A DNA stretch of 60,314 nucleotides, filler included, from Sphacelaria rigidula (lineage: Eukaryota), in NCBI GenBank assembly GCA_964200075.2. It is 4 parts of 4 records of this genome, joined end to end, with 100 filler letters (N's around TTAATTAATTAA, not from the genome) between each part and the next. Parts side by side here need not be neighbours in the genome. Positions count along the whole stretch, not along the records: positions 45,313 to 60,314 come from CAXNAA020001951.1; 3 more parts are not named here. One strand, given 5' to 3'. The notes below the pieces were generated by a model. The model saw nothing but the letters and a program-made list of their open reading frames with translations, did not search any database and had not been told where the DNA came from. Each line of letters starts with the position of its first letter. Within the stretch, counting starts at the first letter, position 1. Of this stretch, positions 48,601-60,314 are shown in pieces. The translations under genes and the position numbers were made by a program.

Positions 48601-51600
48601 CCGCTCTTTCCTCCACCTGGGTGCGTGAGCGCGCCACGCGGCAAGCAGAACTTGGAGATGAAAAAGTTGACGATCAGAAGGAGGAGGGTGAACTACAAAA
48701 CGTGGTGCGACCTGGCGGTACTGCGCCTGAAGTCCGATCGGAGGGTGGCCGCACGAAGGTCGGAAGTAGTGGCGCACCTGTATCTGTCAAAAATCAGGAT
48801 CAAGGGGGTAAGAAGAGTCGTTTCGATTGGTTTCGGCAAACTGCAATACTCGGCGACACTCTGGGGCGTAAAGCATCTGAGAGGCGAAAGGACATGCCGC
48901 AGTCGACGAGGACTAGAGCAGGCAGCAGCACGAGTGTAGCCTCACAGCAGAGGGAAGAGGAGAGAGTAAACGAACTTGCGAGAAAAGTGGGGGGGCTGCG
49001 GGCGAAACTGCCGTTGTCCAAACTCAAGATTGTCATCGGTGAGGGACGAGTTTCTTTTGTTTGTCCGCTTTGTTGTGACGGTTGAGCTGTAGCCTAACAT
49101 AATTAAGCTGCTATGATACCACTGCTTATTGTACGCGTGGTTTCGTTCTCGCAATGAGGTGTCTTCACACGGCAGATCCGGAATGATAAGTATGACGGGT
49201 GCTTATCACCTCTCTTCGCATGACTGTTATGGAATTCCTGACCTTCGTACCAAACTACATCATGTGCATCACCTAATACCACAGTCTAGCATATGCAAGA
49301 CCACAAACGTATATCCACGATGTCCTTGCCTTTTCTGCTGCTGATGAACAACAATAACGCCGGGCTGCTCTGCCGTTTCCCGACTGCTTCCGTTTCCCCC
49401 GATAACGTCGCTTCCTGGTGTTGGCGCCGCCATCGACCGGTCCATCCGTACGCTTGTACTCGGGTGGATTTACATCGTTGCTAGTGGTGTGGCAGATTTC
49501 CAGCGCGGTGAGACATTATTCGGGAAGCGTTGAGAAAAAACACGAACGGGGGAGGGGAGAGCGGCTGTCGACTTTTCTCCGGATACAACTTACCCTCCTC
49601 GACCAATAAATGGCAGCGGGACAGCACTCTATGCAGAAATGATTCAGCGACAAACGACAAATTTAGAAATGGGGAATTGTTCAATGGTCGCTGAGTGCAA
49701 ATTGTCACCCTCTTGAGCTTTTCTCCATGGTCTGACTCTCAATTTGAATGCGACTTTATCCCCGAATGTTGGCTCCTGTTCTGCAAACAAAAGCGCAAAC
49801 TCACCGCACACCAAATTGATGAGCTTTACGATATTCAATTCAAAATACTCCGATCAAGGATGGATATTTGGAGCCGTACACTGCTCTTGGGACAGAATCC
49901 ATTTAGCGCATATTACATATCCAATATTTTTCTCACTCTGTTGTGTTTAATCAGTATTGTGTGCCCCCGTTTCTTCGTGCTGTAACATGGAGTACATAGA
50001 AGACGCAATATCTTACGCACCGTACTGTATATCCAAATCCCTACTACGCTCCTCAACAAGAGGAGAGAGTAACCGGGAGCATCTAAGCGACTCTTGAATA
50101 ATTTGATTCGTCATCGTCTATTTGCGCAAAACTTATGAAACCGCCGAAGCCACGTAACTGCGAACGTTGCAGCTTATCTTTGTTCTCAACCATGCTCACC
50201 GCGTTCAGTTTATCGCATGCATTTCCCCATGATGCCCATTCGAATTAGTTCGGCGAGATTACTCAGGTGCCGTTCCCGCCTGTATACAAGAAGTTCCTGT
50301 CGATCGTGGGCGTTTTTACCTTCGACCTGGGCTGGGCCTTCTCCGCATCTTGTATCAACACACGTATCAACTTCTACCACAAGCTCCTGTGAGTCCGCAT
50401 GCTTGAGTAGCTTGGCATGTACCAGTCATAGACCTCATTGTCCGACGTGCAGCCTACAAGGCGTCTAACGGGATTACTTGGTACCATGGCGCGACACCGT
50501 TTGACTGTGGGTCGCTCGGCGTCGGTGTGGGCAAGGACCTCGGAATACACCCCCCCCCCCCGAAACGCAGTAGTGCATGGAATGATACATCGTTGAAGTG
50601 ACAAGTTGAACCACCCATCTCCTCTCGGACTGCCTCAAAGTCATACGCCAGTGTTGAATTTCAGCTATCGAACAGAGCGCACATTAATTTGCGCGGACCA
50701 AGCCAGAGATTATTCACCATGAAAAACCGCTGATGGAGAGATTCACCCACCTATTTTATCACCAAACCCATGGTCGCTTATGTTCCCGCTCCAGGATAGT
50801 TACCATCGGCCCCATGCTTCTGCTGTCCCTTCTCGGAGCTACTTTTTATTTTGGCTCCCTTCGAGCTCGGGCGCCAACTAGCGATGGTGTCTCCAGCTTC
50901 TTCAAGCCACAACCAACCTCTCGTACTGCCATAAGCAGTACTGATGCTCTATCCTCGGAGGCAACGCAGCAGTCCTTCGCGCCGTGGTCTCGACGTAAAA
51001 GGTACACCATGTGGGATGTAGGAGTCAGATTCGTGGCTCGGAGAGAATTTCGAGTTGACACTGACCTTCCCCGAACGGTCGACGTCGCCGAGAAGTAGCT
51101 TTTGTTATTCCTGCTTGTGATAGCGCATCGAGGAGCAACTGTTGAGCGTCATTTTCTGATTGTCGGCAGTGTTTTTTTCGTAGGAGTGCATGGGTGGTTG
51201 GTTTTCGCGCTGCTTGTGTTTATGCTGCTTCTATTTCGTGGTCGTAGATAGTGGAGCACCCGCGTGCTACAGTGCACTCTCTCGGTAATGGTAACATGGT
51301 GTTCAAGAGGCGCTGTATCTTCGATTATATGATGTTATGGGAATGATGTTTTTGGGGGGCGATTGATCCCCAAAAGCGAAATCGAAGCGTTCGGCTGTCA
51401 AAGCCGAGACACAGGCCAGGAAACAACTGAGGCACTAGGCGGAGAAGCGCATTACGCTGGAGGTGGTTATTCCGGTACTATGAGCAAAGCGACCAGAATA
51501 TATACCATCGCCCGATGAAGTGAATCTACTGTCGCGGTAGCTGATCTGGTGTGTTCACAAGTCGGCGCTATAGCCCTCTATTTTTACCGGTGCGACTACC

Positions 51601-54600
51601 CCAGAAATGTGCAGCATTGCAACGATAAATTAAGTGGATACAAAAAAATATGCCGCAGAGCATCGACGCCTGGCTTTCGAAGCATTGCAATTGAACGTGC
51701 GAGTATAGTGCCCATCGTATCAGCGGTGCATTCACGTCTTGAATTGTTCACCAATGCAATCTTTTATGCGAGCAGCATGTATAGATACACTTTTACTTCC
51801 ATCTCTACCCATGAGCTACTTGGCTCATGGGATAGAACTCACATGCATACACGGTAGCAGGATCTCCGTCGGATTGTTGATGAGCAGAACACAGTGTCAC
51901 CCCTTCTTCACCGTCGCTAGGCCCATGCGATCATATGGAACGATAACCGCAGGGCAGCGCAAGTGAGCGCCGTCCAGGGCACCGACGATTCTGCCCGATC
52001 CGGAGGCCGTGACTTTGCGTCCGCTTTGGATCACCGGGCGGAGGCGGGAACCATCAGGCACGGAGAGGCTGCTCCTGCCGATGATGTCCAGTCCAGATCT
52101 TTCGTGGGCATTCGAACGCCCGGACCTGGCGGTCATACGATCCATTCAGTGGAGGTGAGTTGAAAGCGGAACCGAGTGCATCTGTGAGCCTTCAGTCATG
52201 GATTGCAGAGTTGGTCTGGCCGCTCCCGTAGCTTGAATGTCAGCGACGCGATTTGGAGATGCCGAGCGGTCCTCTTGGAGGAATGGTTGGGCATGTGAGG
52301 CGTGCGTTGAAGCAAGGTTATGATATTGGGAAGAGACAAGCTCTCGAAGCATCTCGTTATTACTGCGTTGACGCCGCACCGAGCATCTGCATGCGAACAC
52401 ACGAGGCTTCCGATTAACTGGCGGTATCTGGCAGACGATGAATGTCCCCACTCCCGGGATTGGTAGACACCCATGAGGCAGTGTATGAGCCGTGGTCGTC
52501 TCTGGAAGTGGCGATACCACAGAATAAAACAACTCATTGTTGGCTGCCATCCAAATGCAAAATAATCAGTAGGCTTCGGGCCGAACAATCTACGCAGGAT
52601 GCAGCTGACTCTTCATGCGACTCGCCGAACACACCACGGCACTTCGCGCTTGGTGGTTTGAGTGCGAGCCTGGTCCGGCGAAAACCCGGCGTGCTCCATC
52701 CCGGCATTGTAGGGATGATTTTTTATTTGATTTGATTGTCGCACTTTAACTGACCCCCCAGGGGTCCAGCCGTGGTGTCAGGGATGCGAGGTCAATGGTC
52801 TTGTGACTATGGCATGCATGATCATGAGTACACTCCCGGGATGTCACCGTATCGGCAGTGCTATTATTCCTCGTCCTCATCTCTTCCTTCCTCGTGTCCC
52901 TGCTCTTTATCTCTGTTTCCTGCCCTCCACCCTTTCCCTGCTCTTTCCCGCAAATCGACGGCATGCTTGAAACTCGTCGATGTGGTCGCGAACGAACCAA
53001 TCTGACAGGATCATGTGTGGGGGCTATTTTCCCGGCACACCACGATAACCTTGGTGATCCTGTACTTGATCTACTCATCGGTGGCTACAATGGTGAGCTA
53101 GCTCAAGAGTCTTGGAAGCAATATTTGGTGTCCATCTCTATGTTGTCTGCGATCGTGTACCGAGCTCAGCTGTAATGTGTGGGAGAACCGCGGGCTCAGG
53201 GGACCACATCGGCATCCGTATGGTTAGGGTTAGTGCTGGGTCAGGGTCAGGGGCGTGGTCCCTACAGAAACTGGCCCGACTGGTTTTAAAAAACGTCAAT
53301 CCTGAGGTGTTTTGAACTACGATGCGGTCCCCTAAGCACGCGGTCCTCGCATGCATGACACCAACTTTCGAAACATGTGACGCACTTTATGCGCCGCACG
53401 CCGTTTTCATGTCCGCCTTGGGAGCGCCGAATTCGCCGAAGGAAGCTAGATTTAGGTAAATTGTCGTCGTTCCTCTCCGGTTGCAAGCGTAATAATTCAA
53501 ACGACAGGTGTTGTAGAGGATGTGTCTTCTGGTTCGAATTTCGTCGATTTCCTCCTGCGTGCATGTATGGAAGCTGCTACAGACAAGCACGGCTCGAGCA
53601 GGCAGGTAAAATCGCAAGCAGGACTCAAGCAGCCAGATATCATAGCCGGTGCCCCTGCTGAATGGGCAACGGGCCATCTTTGCCTCCGTTTCGCCGAGGT
53701 TTCCGTTAGCCGTGAGTTGACCAGTGCATCATTCTGAGAGGCGGCAAAGGTGTTCCTGTTGCCCTTTGTACTGGCGTATGGGGCACAGAAACACACTTTG
53801 TCCGCGCCACAGATGGTTGAAAGATGACTGCGCTGACTGCGCGCGGTCGAGTGAGAGTTACTGGCTCGGATAGCGATCGGTCAAAAATATGCGACCGACT
53901 GTCTGGACGGAGTAGCGACCGTGGTGTGCCGCGTTCACGCAAATGGGCATTGGAGTTCACGATCTGGTGTTTTGACGTTGCAGTGCACTGAGTCCGCCGC
54001 GGTCCGGTGGTCTAGGGGTCCGACTGTTACTATTACGGTGGAGGGAACATGGGTTTGACTCCCAATGCGTTGGGTGCTTTCTGCTAAGTATCTGATTTCC
54101 ACAGCCGAGAGCGCGAGTACGTGGGGGAACAAAAGGTAGTTGGCTGAGTTTGTTTGACGAGAGTTGACGTGGTGTGGGATTACTGATCCGATCCGCGAGA
54201 CCGAAATGCGAGGCGTGTACCAGGGGGTGTACTCATGACCTTGCATCCCTACAAAGTCGGGACGGAGCACGCCGGGTTTTCGCAGAACCAGGCGTGTACC
54301 AGGTAGGGATGGTTTGATCCCTTGACACCACGGACTCGTCCCGAGGAAGAAGAGGGGTTCAAGGTGCGATAAAAAAGGACTGTAGCTATGATTCACTTCA
54401 AAGTGAACCGCGTGGAATTTTCAATGTTGGAATGGTTGGGACGAAGATAACTTCGTGTGCGCTCGCCCCGGCCACCCCAAGACTATCACCCTGACGGTTG
54501 CATGTGCTGCTTGGCACATATTGCTTCAATACACGCTCGTGCGAACTTCGTATCGCCAGGTGTTCCAAACGTTCGCTTGTCAGCCCTTGCCAGAGATTGA

Positions 54601-57600
54601 CAAGGCCTTCCTGCTGGCAGATTTGAGGATCGAGTGCGATACGCCGGAACATCGTTTCTACAAGGCGTACTCTGCCGTGATGATAGTCCTCTGTGAGTGT
54701 CTCCAGAGTGCCTGGCATTCGACATGAGACCTCGCTGTCTGTCAGGGACCACATGTACACTATAGTTGTTGCCGAGTAGCCGCTGCGAGGTATCTATATC
54801 TGTGTGTGCACGTATGCCACAGTGAGCTTGGTCAAACGGCTTCACAACTGCGCGTTTCGAGTAGCACGATCCTGCTAGAGAGTGAGGTGATGACTATATC
54901 ACTACAGCTGCGAGAAGTACTCCCGTGGTGGGATGACACCGTACCTGGAGTGTGGAAGTGAACTTATGACCCGTGCGGCTCTGTCAAATTAAGGAAGTGA
55001 CGGATCATTTTCAGTGGGAGTAGTATATACATATATACATTCATGTACAAGCTGTGGTGAACTCGCACTGCCGTCTACACGTCGAAAGGGTCAACTCGAC
55101 CGTTGTGTATATACCCGTACCATTGTCGTGGTGGTCACTAGTAGTGTCGTCGATGGATTGAGCTGCGGAGAGCTGCGCAGAGAACTGACAAGATATAAAG
55201 GTACGCCTCTCGAATACCGACCGTTGAGTATAAGTAGCCAGGCGGTTTTGAACTAGAAATCGTGAAAATTAAGTCGTTGTCAAGGGATAACGGCTCCTCG
55301 GGCACCTTTCCACGTTTATTGTTATACCAAACTGCAAGTGTTGGCGCTATACGGCTGTTTTCAACTTCAACCCGGACACCCTTAGCATCCCGTATAGCAG
55401 AGAAAGAGCGTGCATTGGAGCCCATTTTGTACGTCGTTAAGTAACACTGTGCCACCATTAGAGATGCTCGATAGTCTCCAGCTTCATTTGACATGCAGAA
55501 CTCCACAAGTTGGGGGCTGATTCCCGACCGGGAAAACTGAAATCTGTGACCTTTTAAGTTTAAAACACACGAGCAGAACATCCAGTCGCAGATGGCTATT
55601 GAATAGGTCATTCGATGGGTTCTAAGGGCTATTCTAAACGAAAAATGGCCCTACCTTCAACCTGATGGTGATTTGACCTCAACATTCGGGCATGATCCAA
55701 ATTTCAATAGACAGCAGAAAGTTCAGTCAGAAATGTCCACGTGGATCTTGAACCTTAGCAAGGGTCACCTGCGACAAAGTTGCAACTTCAGCTTTTCATC
55801 ATACTGATGCTTGTGCGAGTATCTCTACTCTTGACTGCTGCAGTTCCGGTGTAGATTCATCAGCATGTGTGCTGCTACAGGTATTTCTACTCTCGAATAG
55901 TGCAAAATTGCCGTTACACGTTATACCTCACGGGAACCATTAATGTACCTCCTCCCTCCCGTTCGTGCTTTCATTCCGATATTCTGGATACATCAGACCC
56001 CCTGGGTATCCCCGTCGCGTTCTTGTACTTCCTGACGAGACAAAGGACTAGAATCAACCCACCAGTCGACGTGAGCGAGTCGAGGGGGGAAGACGCCCTG
56101 GTGAGTCAAGTCTGTCATTGTGCCTCATGGTGTCGCTGCTATATTCGGTTTCATGGGCGTCTCGATTCAAGGTGTATGTGATATTTCCAGTTGGTGGCAC
56201 CCAGCAGGAAAAGTGATGCTCCCTGCCCCCCCGCCCCCCGTGCCTTCCACACTCCTTCTCCTCACCGTACTTTCGCGTTCTCAGCACGAGAAAATGGAAA
56301 AGCGCCTGGCCGATCAGTCTGTGACTCCAACTTCGTTCCTGTGGTTGCCGTACTTTCCCGAGCGATATTACTTCGAGGTCAGTCAAGTCTTTCGAAACTC
56401 GTGTCCCTCACTTGGTGCTTGAAGGCAGCTTTGCATTTTTATTCGACTATTTTTCCGATGCTGTAGTTTTCGTGGAGTCTTCTGCGGTATGGTTTCCAAA
56501 AACTGCGTCTACTGTTCATCGATCTGTGAAGCGCCTTTTCTTTGATTTGCCATGTTTCCCGTGGTATTATCTCCACTTCATCAACAACAGTAGTCGACAA
56601 GCAAACCGGGCGTTTTTTGTTTTTCAAGTGTTTTAAGATGATAATTCACGTGCCACCGCTCACCACGAAGAACGTTTGATCCAAATTTTGTAGTACCAGA
56701 AGATACTAGATTCGTTTCCCATTCCGAAACGAAAAATATTTCTGCAATTGATATCGAACGACTACCTGTCGAACCAAGGACGGGGTGACCGGTTCTCGGG
56801 GGTCCTACGACTACACAGCCCTAGGTTCTGACTCTTCGGCATTTTAGCTCGATCGAACGAATCCCGATTGTTCTCGTGACCGAATAAAATGGACACCTTG
56901 CTACAATTTTACCCATTCGTTGCGCGTTCATTACTCCGTATCATCCCGACAACACCAGCTTCGGGATTGTGGTCTGATCACGACCTGTTTGTTTTCCCAA
57001 CATCCATCAACTCTCGCACTTTCGAGTGCTAAAGAATTAAATACGAGAATATTCAAAATACCTGATTACAATATTCGCCTAGTTTGCACGGGGACTACTA
57101 TAACCGTTTGATCTTCTTTGAGGCTGGATAAGTCTCTTTAACTTTTGCCCCGATCACGATTCCTTGTTGTGCCATAGGGAAGAAGCAACAAACATCATCG
57201 CAGAAACTAATCGTAGTCTGGAGTGAAAACATTTCACCAGCCTACAGGAATAGTGGGGAGGTGTGCGGCGGGTATCGTACACGGTATGCACAATATTTGG
57301 CAATGTGCTGTGTCAAGGCATGCCGGACGCCAAGTCGCTTCTACACGATTCAAGCACCGCCCTGCTTGATATCGTAAGCTCTTTAAATCACGTCACCCTC
57401 CAGGTGTACTGTATACGGCCCACTGTCAACGAATGCGACCGACAGGTGTGCGAATGCATCAGGCGTTTGCTGTTGACGGGGATCCTGGTGTTTGTGGCAC
57501 CCTACACGACGGGACAGGTGGCGGTCAGCTGCATGTTCGCCTTCGTGAGGTATGGGACATCAAAATAAAGACACTTCGTTCCTTCTCTACACTGCTGTGT

Positions 57601-58717
57601 CTGCCTCTCGAACAATTAAATTGATGTTTTCCCTTACTTTCTGTAACAGGTAAATTTTTCGAATCCATACTTTGGATGTTGTTAGGTCAATCAGCCATGT
57701 CGGGACAATGCCAAGATTGAGCGAATGATATCGGCAACGCAAAAGTGTGAGGGGGCGATTGTGACCTTGTTCTAGTCAGGGGAGTTCTTCGTATCCGTCG
57801 GAGGAAAGCGGGTGCGCAAAAAGTGACCGTGCGCACGCGTTGCGGCACTACGACGCAGCAGTCAGCGTGGAGACGAAACTGACCGGGTGAGGTGAGGATG
57901 CCTTCGCGCTTGTATGACACCTGGCACCTTCAACTTGTCTTCTTGATTAATCTATCGATTTTTGCTTATTCGAACTGTTGCTCGATCGACAGCCTCCTAT
58001 GCTTCGAGTATCTACAGCCTTTCGTGGATCCAGTGGACACCCAGCTGTACCGGGCGGGCTGCCTGGTAATATTCATTTCCAACTTCTTCGCTCTAATGAT
58101 CAAGGCTCAAGTTTCCGACCCGTACTCCGCCAGCAGCACCTTCTATGCCGTGGCACTCATAGTAGTCCACACCACGCTGTTCCTGTGCATTTGGTGGAAC
58201 GCCTGGGTAGCCGCTGTGGCGGTTCTCAACCGCAAAAATACGCAGGTACCTGAGTGAGCTCTGTGGGGGTTTGTTTACCACGCGGAACACCACGACCGTT
58301 CCGATTCGGAAAGTTAACCAGCACGTCGCTTTTGATCCCCTCGAGCATGTGTGGATCTGCATTGAGATTTTGGTTGACAAGTGGAACTAGACTGTATTTG
58401 CATCGAAACACTGTACTTGACATTTTTTCGCGACACATGTTGATGTGAAGAGCCGAACGATGTGTGTCCCATATTCTGTACGACGTCTGCCGCTGCCCTA
58501 GGACGTCTTGCTTGGGTTCGAAATTTTCGGCGAACAAGAACTCGGCGGCGCCTTCGGGAAGGCAAACACGAAAGACTTGGAAGCGCTTGAGGCTGCCCCT
58601 GCGTGGGAAAGAGACGATGTTTCAACGCTATCCGGGATGAACTCGGTGAAGAGGATCATTTCAACACGGAGCCGCATCTCGCAACGCAAAAATTCTTCTA
58701 AGACGGGTTTTGCGTGA
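45674..58717 (+). CDS. 5'-truncated large multi-pass membrane protein (Cys-rich juxtamembrane motif followed by roughly 9-10 TM segments); resembles the expanded stramenopile polymorphic-membrane-protein/TRP-like family
   Basis: Exons 45674-45822, 47123-47286, 48329-49038, 49485-49507, 50249-50388, 50795-51017 (3' end uncertain), 51921-52154, 53009-53092, 54560-54692, 55997-56100, 56285-56377, 57446-57549, 57993-58245, 58502-58717 give an open frame of about 875 aa. Motifs CAVCQAGYGRG..ECHKC, KLKIVIVVWQI, VFQTFAC, FLLADLRIEC, YPLGIP, YYFEVCECIRRLLLTG. Upstream exons lie beyond the contig start. The family assignment is from motif recognition only. Confidence 0.8.
46757..47047 (-). repeat. R1 repeat copy (intronic)
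   Basis: Reverse-complement similarity to 13946-14245. Confidence 0.85.
52462..52834 (-). repeat. R1 repeat copy interrupted by a 62-bp insertion
   Basis: Reverse-complement similarity to 13946-14245. Insertion 52718-52779 is flanked by an AGGGATG duplication. Confidence 0.85.
53171..53360. mobile_element. MITE-like element with ~40-bp imperfect terminal inverted repeats and internal TTAGGG
   Basis: Left end TGTAATGTGTGGGAGAACCGCGGGCTCAGGGGACCACATCG versus reverse complement of right end TGTCATGCATGCGAGGACCGCGTGCTTAGGGGACCGCATCG. Homologous to 21508-21858. Confidence 0.75.
53995..54395 (+). mobile_element. tRNA-derived SINE, family A, interrupted by a 65-bp insertion
   Basis: Collinear with the reverse complement of 5925-6256 over head, body and 3' end. 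Insertion at 54225-54289. Confidence 0.7.
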
Positions 58718-60314
58718 ACGCAGGTCGATATATACCGACGAAGGAGAACGCGGCGAGTACAGTGCGAGAATCCAGCAATCCTTGTGCTATCAGCCGTTTT
58801 TGACCTCCATGCGTTACTATGGAGAACATGAGCGCCCTCGTACGTTGTTTTGCGCTTCCGGGCTACAAGGCGGCACGTTTTCGATTGCCAGCTAGCGCTT
58901 TTGTTTTGTTGGGCCAGCCAAGAGCAAGTACTCTGCAGGATGCTTCCGGTGTGCCCTTCGTTGTATCCTTGAGTACGCCGACCGCGCTGACGTGGAACGA
59001 AGACCCTGAAATTGGACGAATCCGTTGTTGGTTTTCGGGGGAAAGCTTGAGGAATGGCCGTCTAAAATTCGCTAGTGTATAGTAGATCCTTCCCTCCCTC
59101 CCCGAACAGGGCGTTAATCTACCACACGTCGACTGTTTACGGGTAATACAATCCGACGTTTGCTCCTTGACCTCGACAACAATTTGACGTACAAAAGTGG
59201 CAGCTAAAGAAGCGGAGTTTTCCGGATTTTGTTACCAATGGTTTCCATCCGGGAAAAACACGTCATTTAGGGGCAAGGGGCGAAATGTTTTGTTCATTTT
59301 TGAAGCTGGAGGAGGAGTGGGAGTATATTCCTGTAACACTAGAGGGCAAGCGTGACTGATATCTTACCGTGCTCGAAGTTCGATGTGGATATGTGTACTC
59401 AATATTTACCTGTAAAATTCAGCGTCTCTACATCTGTAGCGAGGCTGCAGTGATAGCGCAACGGTAGTAGCCCTGTTCATGTGCGCGTGAGCACTGATCT
59501 CCAGTACTGTTGTGTTTCGTACTTTGTAGCATTCAGTCATGCACGTTTGTGTCACCGAATTCACGTATCCTGTCGCCCCGGTTTGTTGTCCCCTCCTGGA
59601 CGACGCACAGGTCCGAGACTTGTGTATCTTGTTGGGTTGTCTTCGGACGAGAGGTTCCACCGTAGGCGTGTCCCATAAGTGATCTCGCGTGGTCAGGTAC
59701 TACTAGGTACTACGTTTCGTTCACTCGTGTACTGCCCTTATTCATGGCTGTTTCTTGGGGTCAATCTAACGCTGGGCGTTCACAACACGTATATAGTAGC
59801 GCAAAGGTACGTGCACTTGTATCATTATGTTTCCCATTTGACGTATCTGCACGGATGAACTGGTGCCAAAGGATGTTCGAACACGTGTGGAATTCGTAAT
59901 TCGATTCCCGTTACTAGCTGCGAAGGAGACGGGATCCAGCTTAACGAAGGCCAGGACGCTTGTTGGTCACTACTGTCCTCGAGTGTGAGCCAGGACTGAT
60001 CAAGCAGCAGCACCGGTACATTTGAGAGAGCAGTAATCTCCCCAGAGATAACTGACGACCAGCCAGAGAAAACTGACGATCAGGCAATGGAAGATATCTC
60101 GCATGCGAGATTTGACATTCATACACGCATCGGCTTGATGCCACGGTTTCATGAAGACCGTCAAGCCCCTATAGAGGTAACTAATATCACGATTATTCTG
60201 ATCTTCAGTTCTAGGTCGCTCACAGCGCAGCGGGGAAACTCGCCCCCCTCTCAGATCAGTACGTTAAGCGTTACCTCTCTCAGCCCGCGCGCTCCACCAC
60301 CGCCCGACTCCTCC

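Overview
Eukaryotic, intron-rich, repeat-rich nuclear DNA, most likely from a brown alga (Phaeophyceae, stramenopile). This is an inference from gene content, bipartite plastid-targeting presequences and intron style. The window is not one locus. It is four contigs of 15005, 15004, 15003 and 15002 bp joined in descending-length order by 100-bp N spacers containing TTAATTAATTAA, so adjacency across the gaps is meaningless. Contig 1 carries a head-to-head pair: a Deg/HtrA (HhoA-like) serine protease with a very long low-complexity N-terminus (minus strand, 6 exons seen) and plastid ribosomal protein L10 (plus strand, 4 exons). Contig 2 has no convincing intact gene; it holds a decayed LINE reverse transcriptase, MITE-like elements, a ~470-bp hairpin and orphan exon-like segments. 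Contig 3 carries a complete PP2A catalytic subunit (8 exons). Contig 4 carries the 3' part (14 exons) of a large multi-pass membrane protein. Exon junctions were checked by hand for reading phase. I found no clear-cut new biological system. The best leads are three GC-AG introns, a triplicated 5' splice site in PP2A, long fold-backs, nested SINE/LINE-tail micro-insertions with target-site duplications, a TTAGGG-bearing MITE family and a degenerate hammerhead-like motif.
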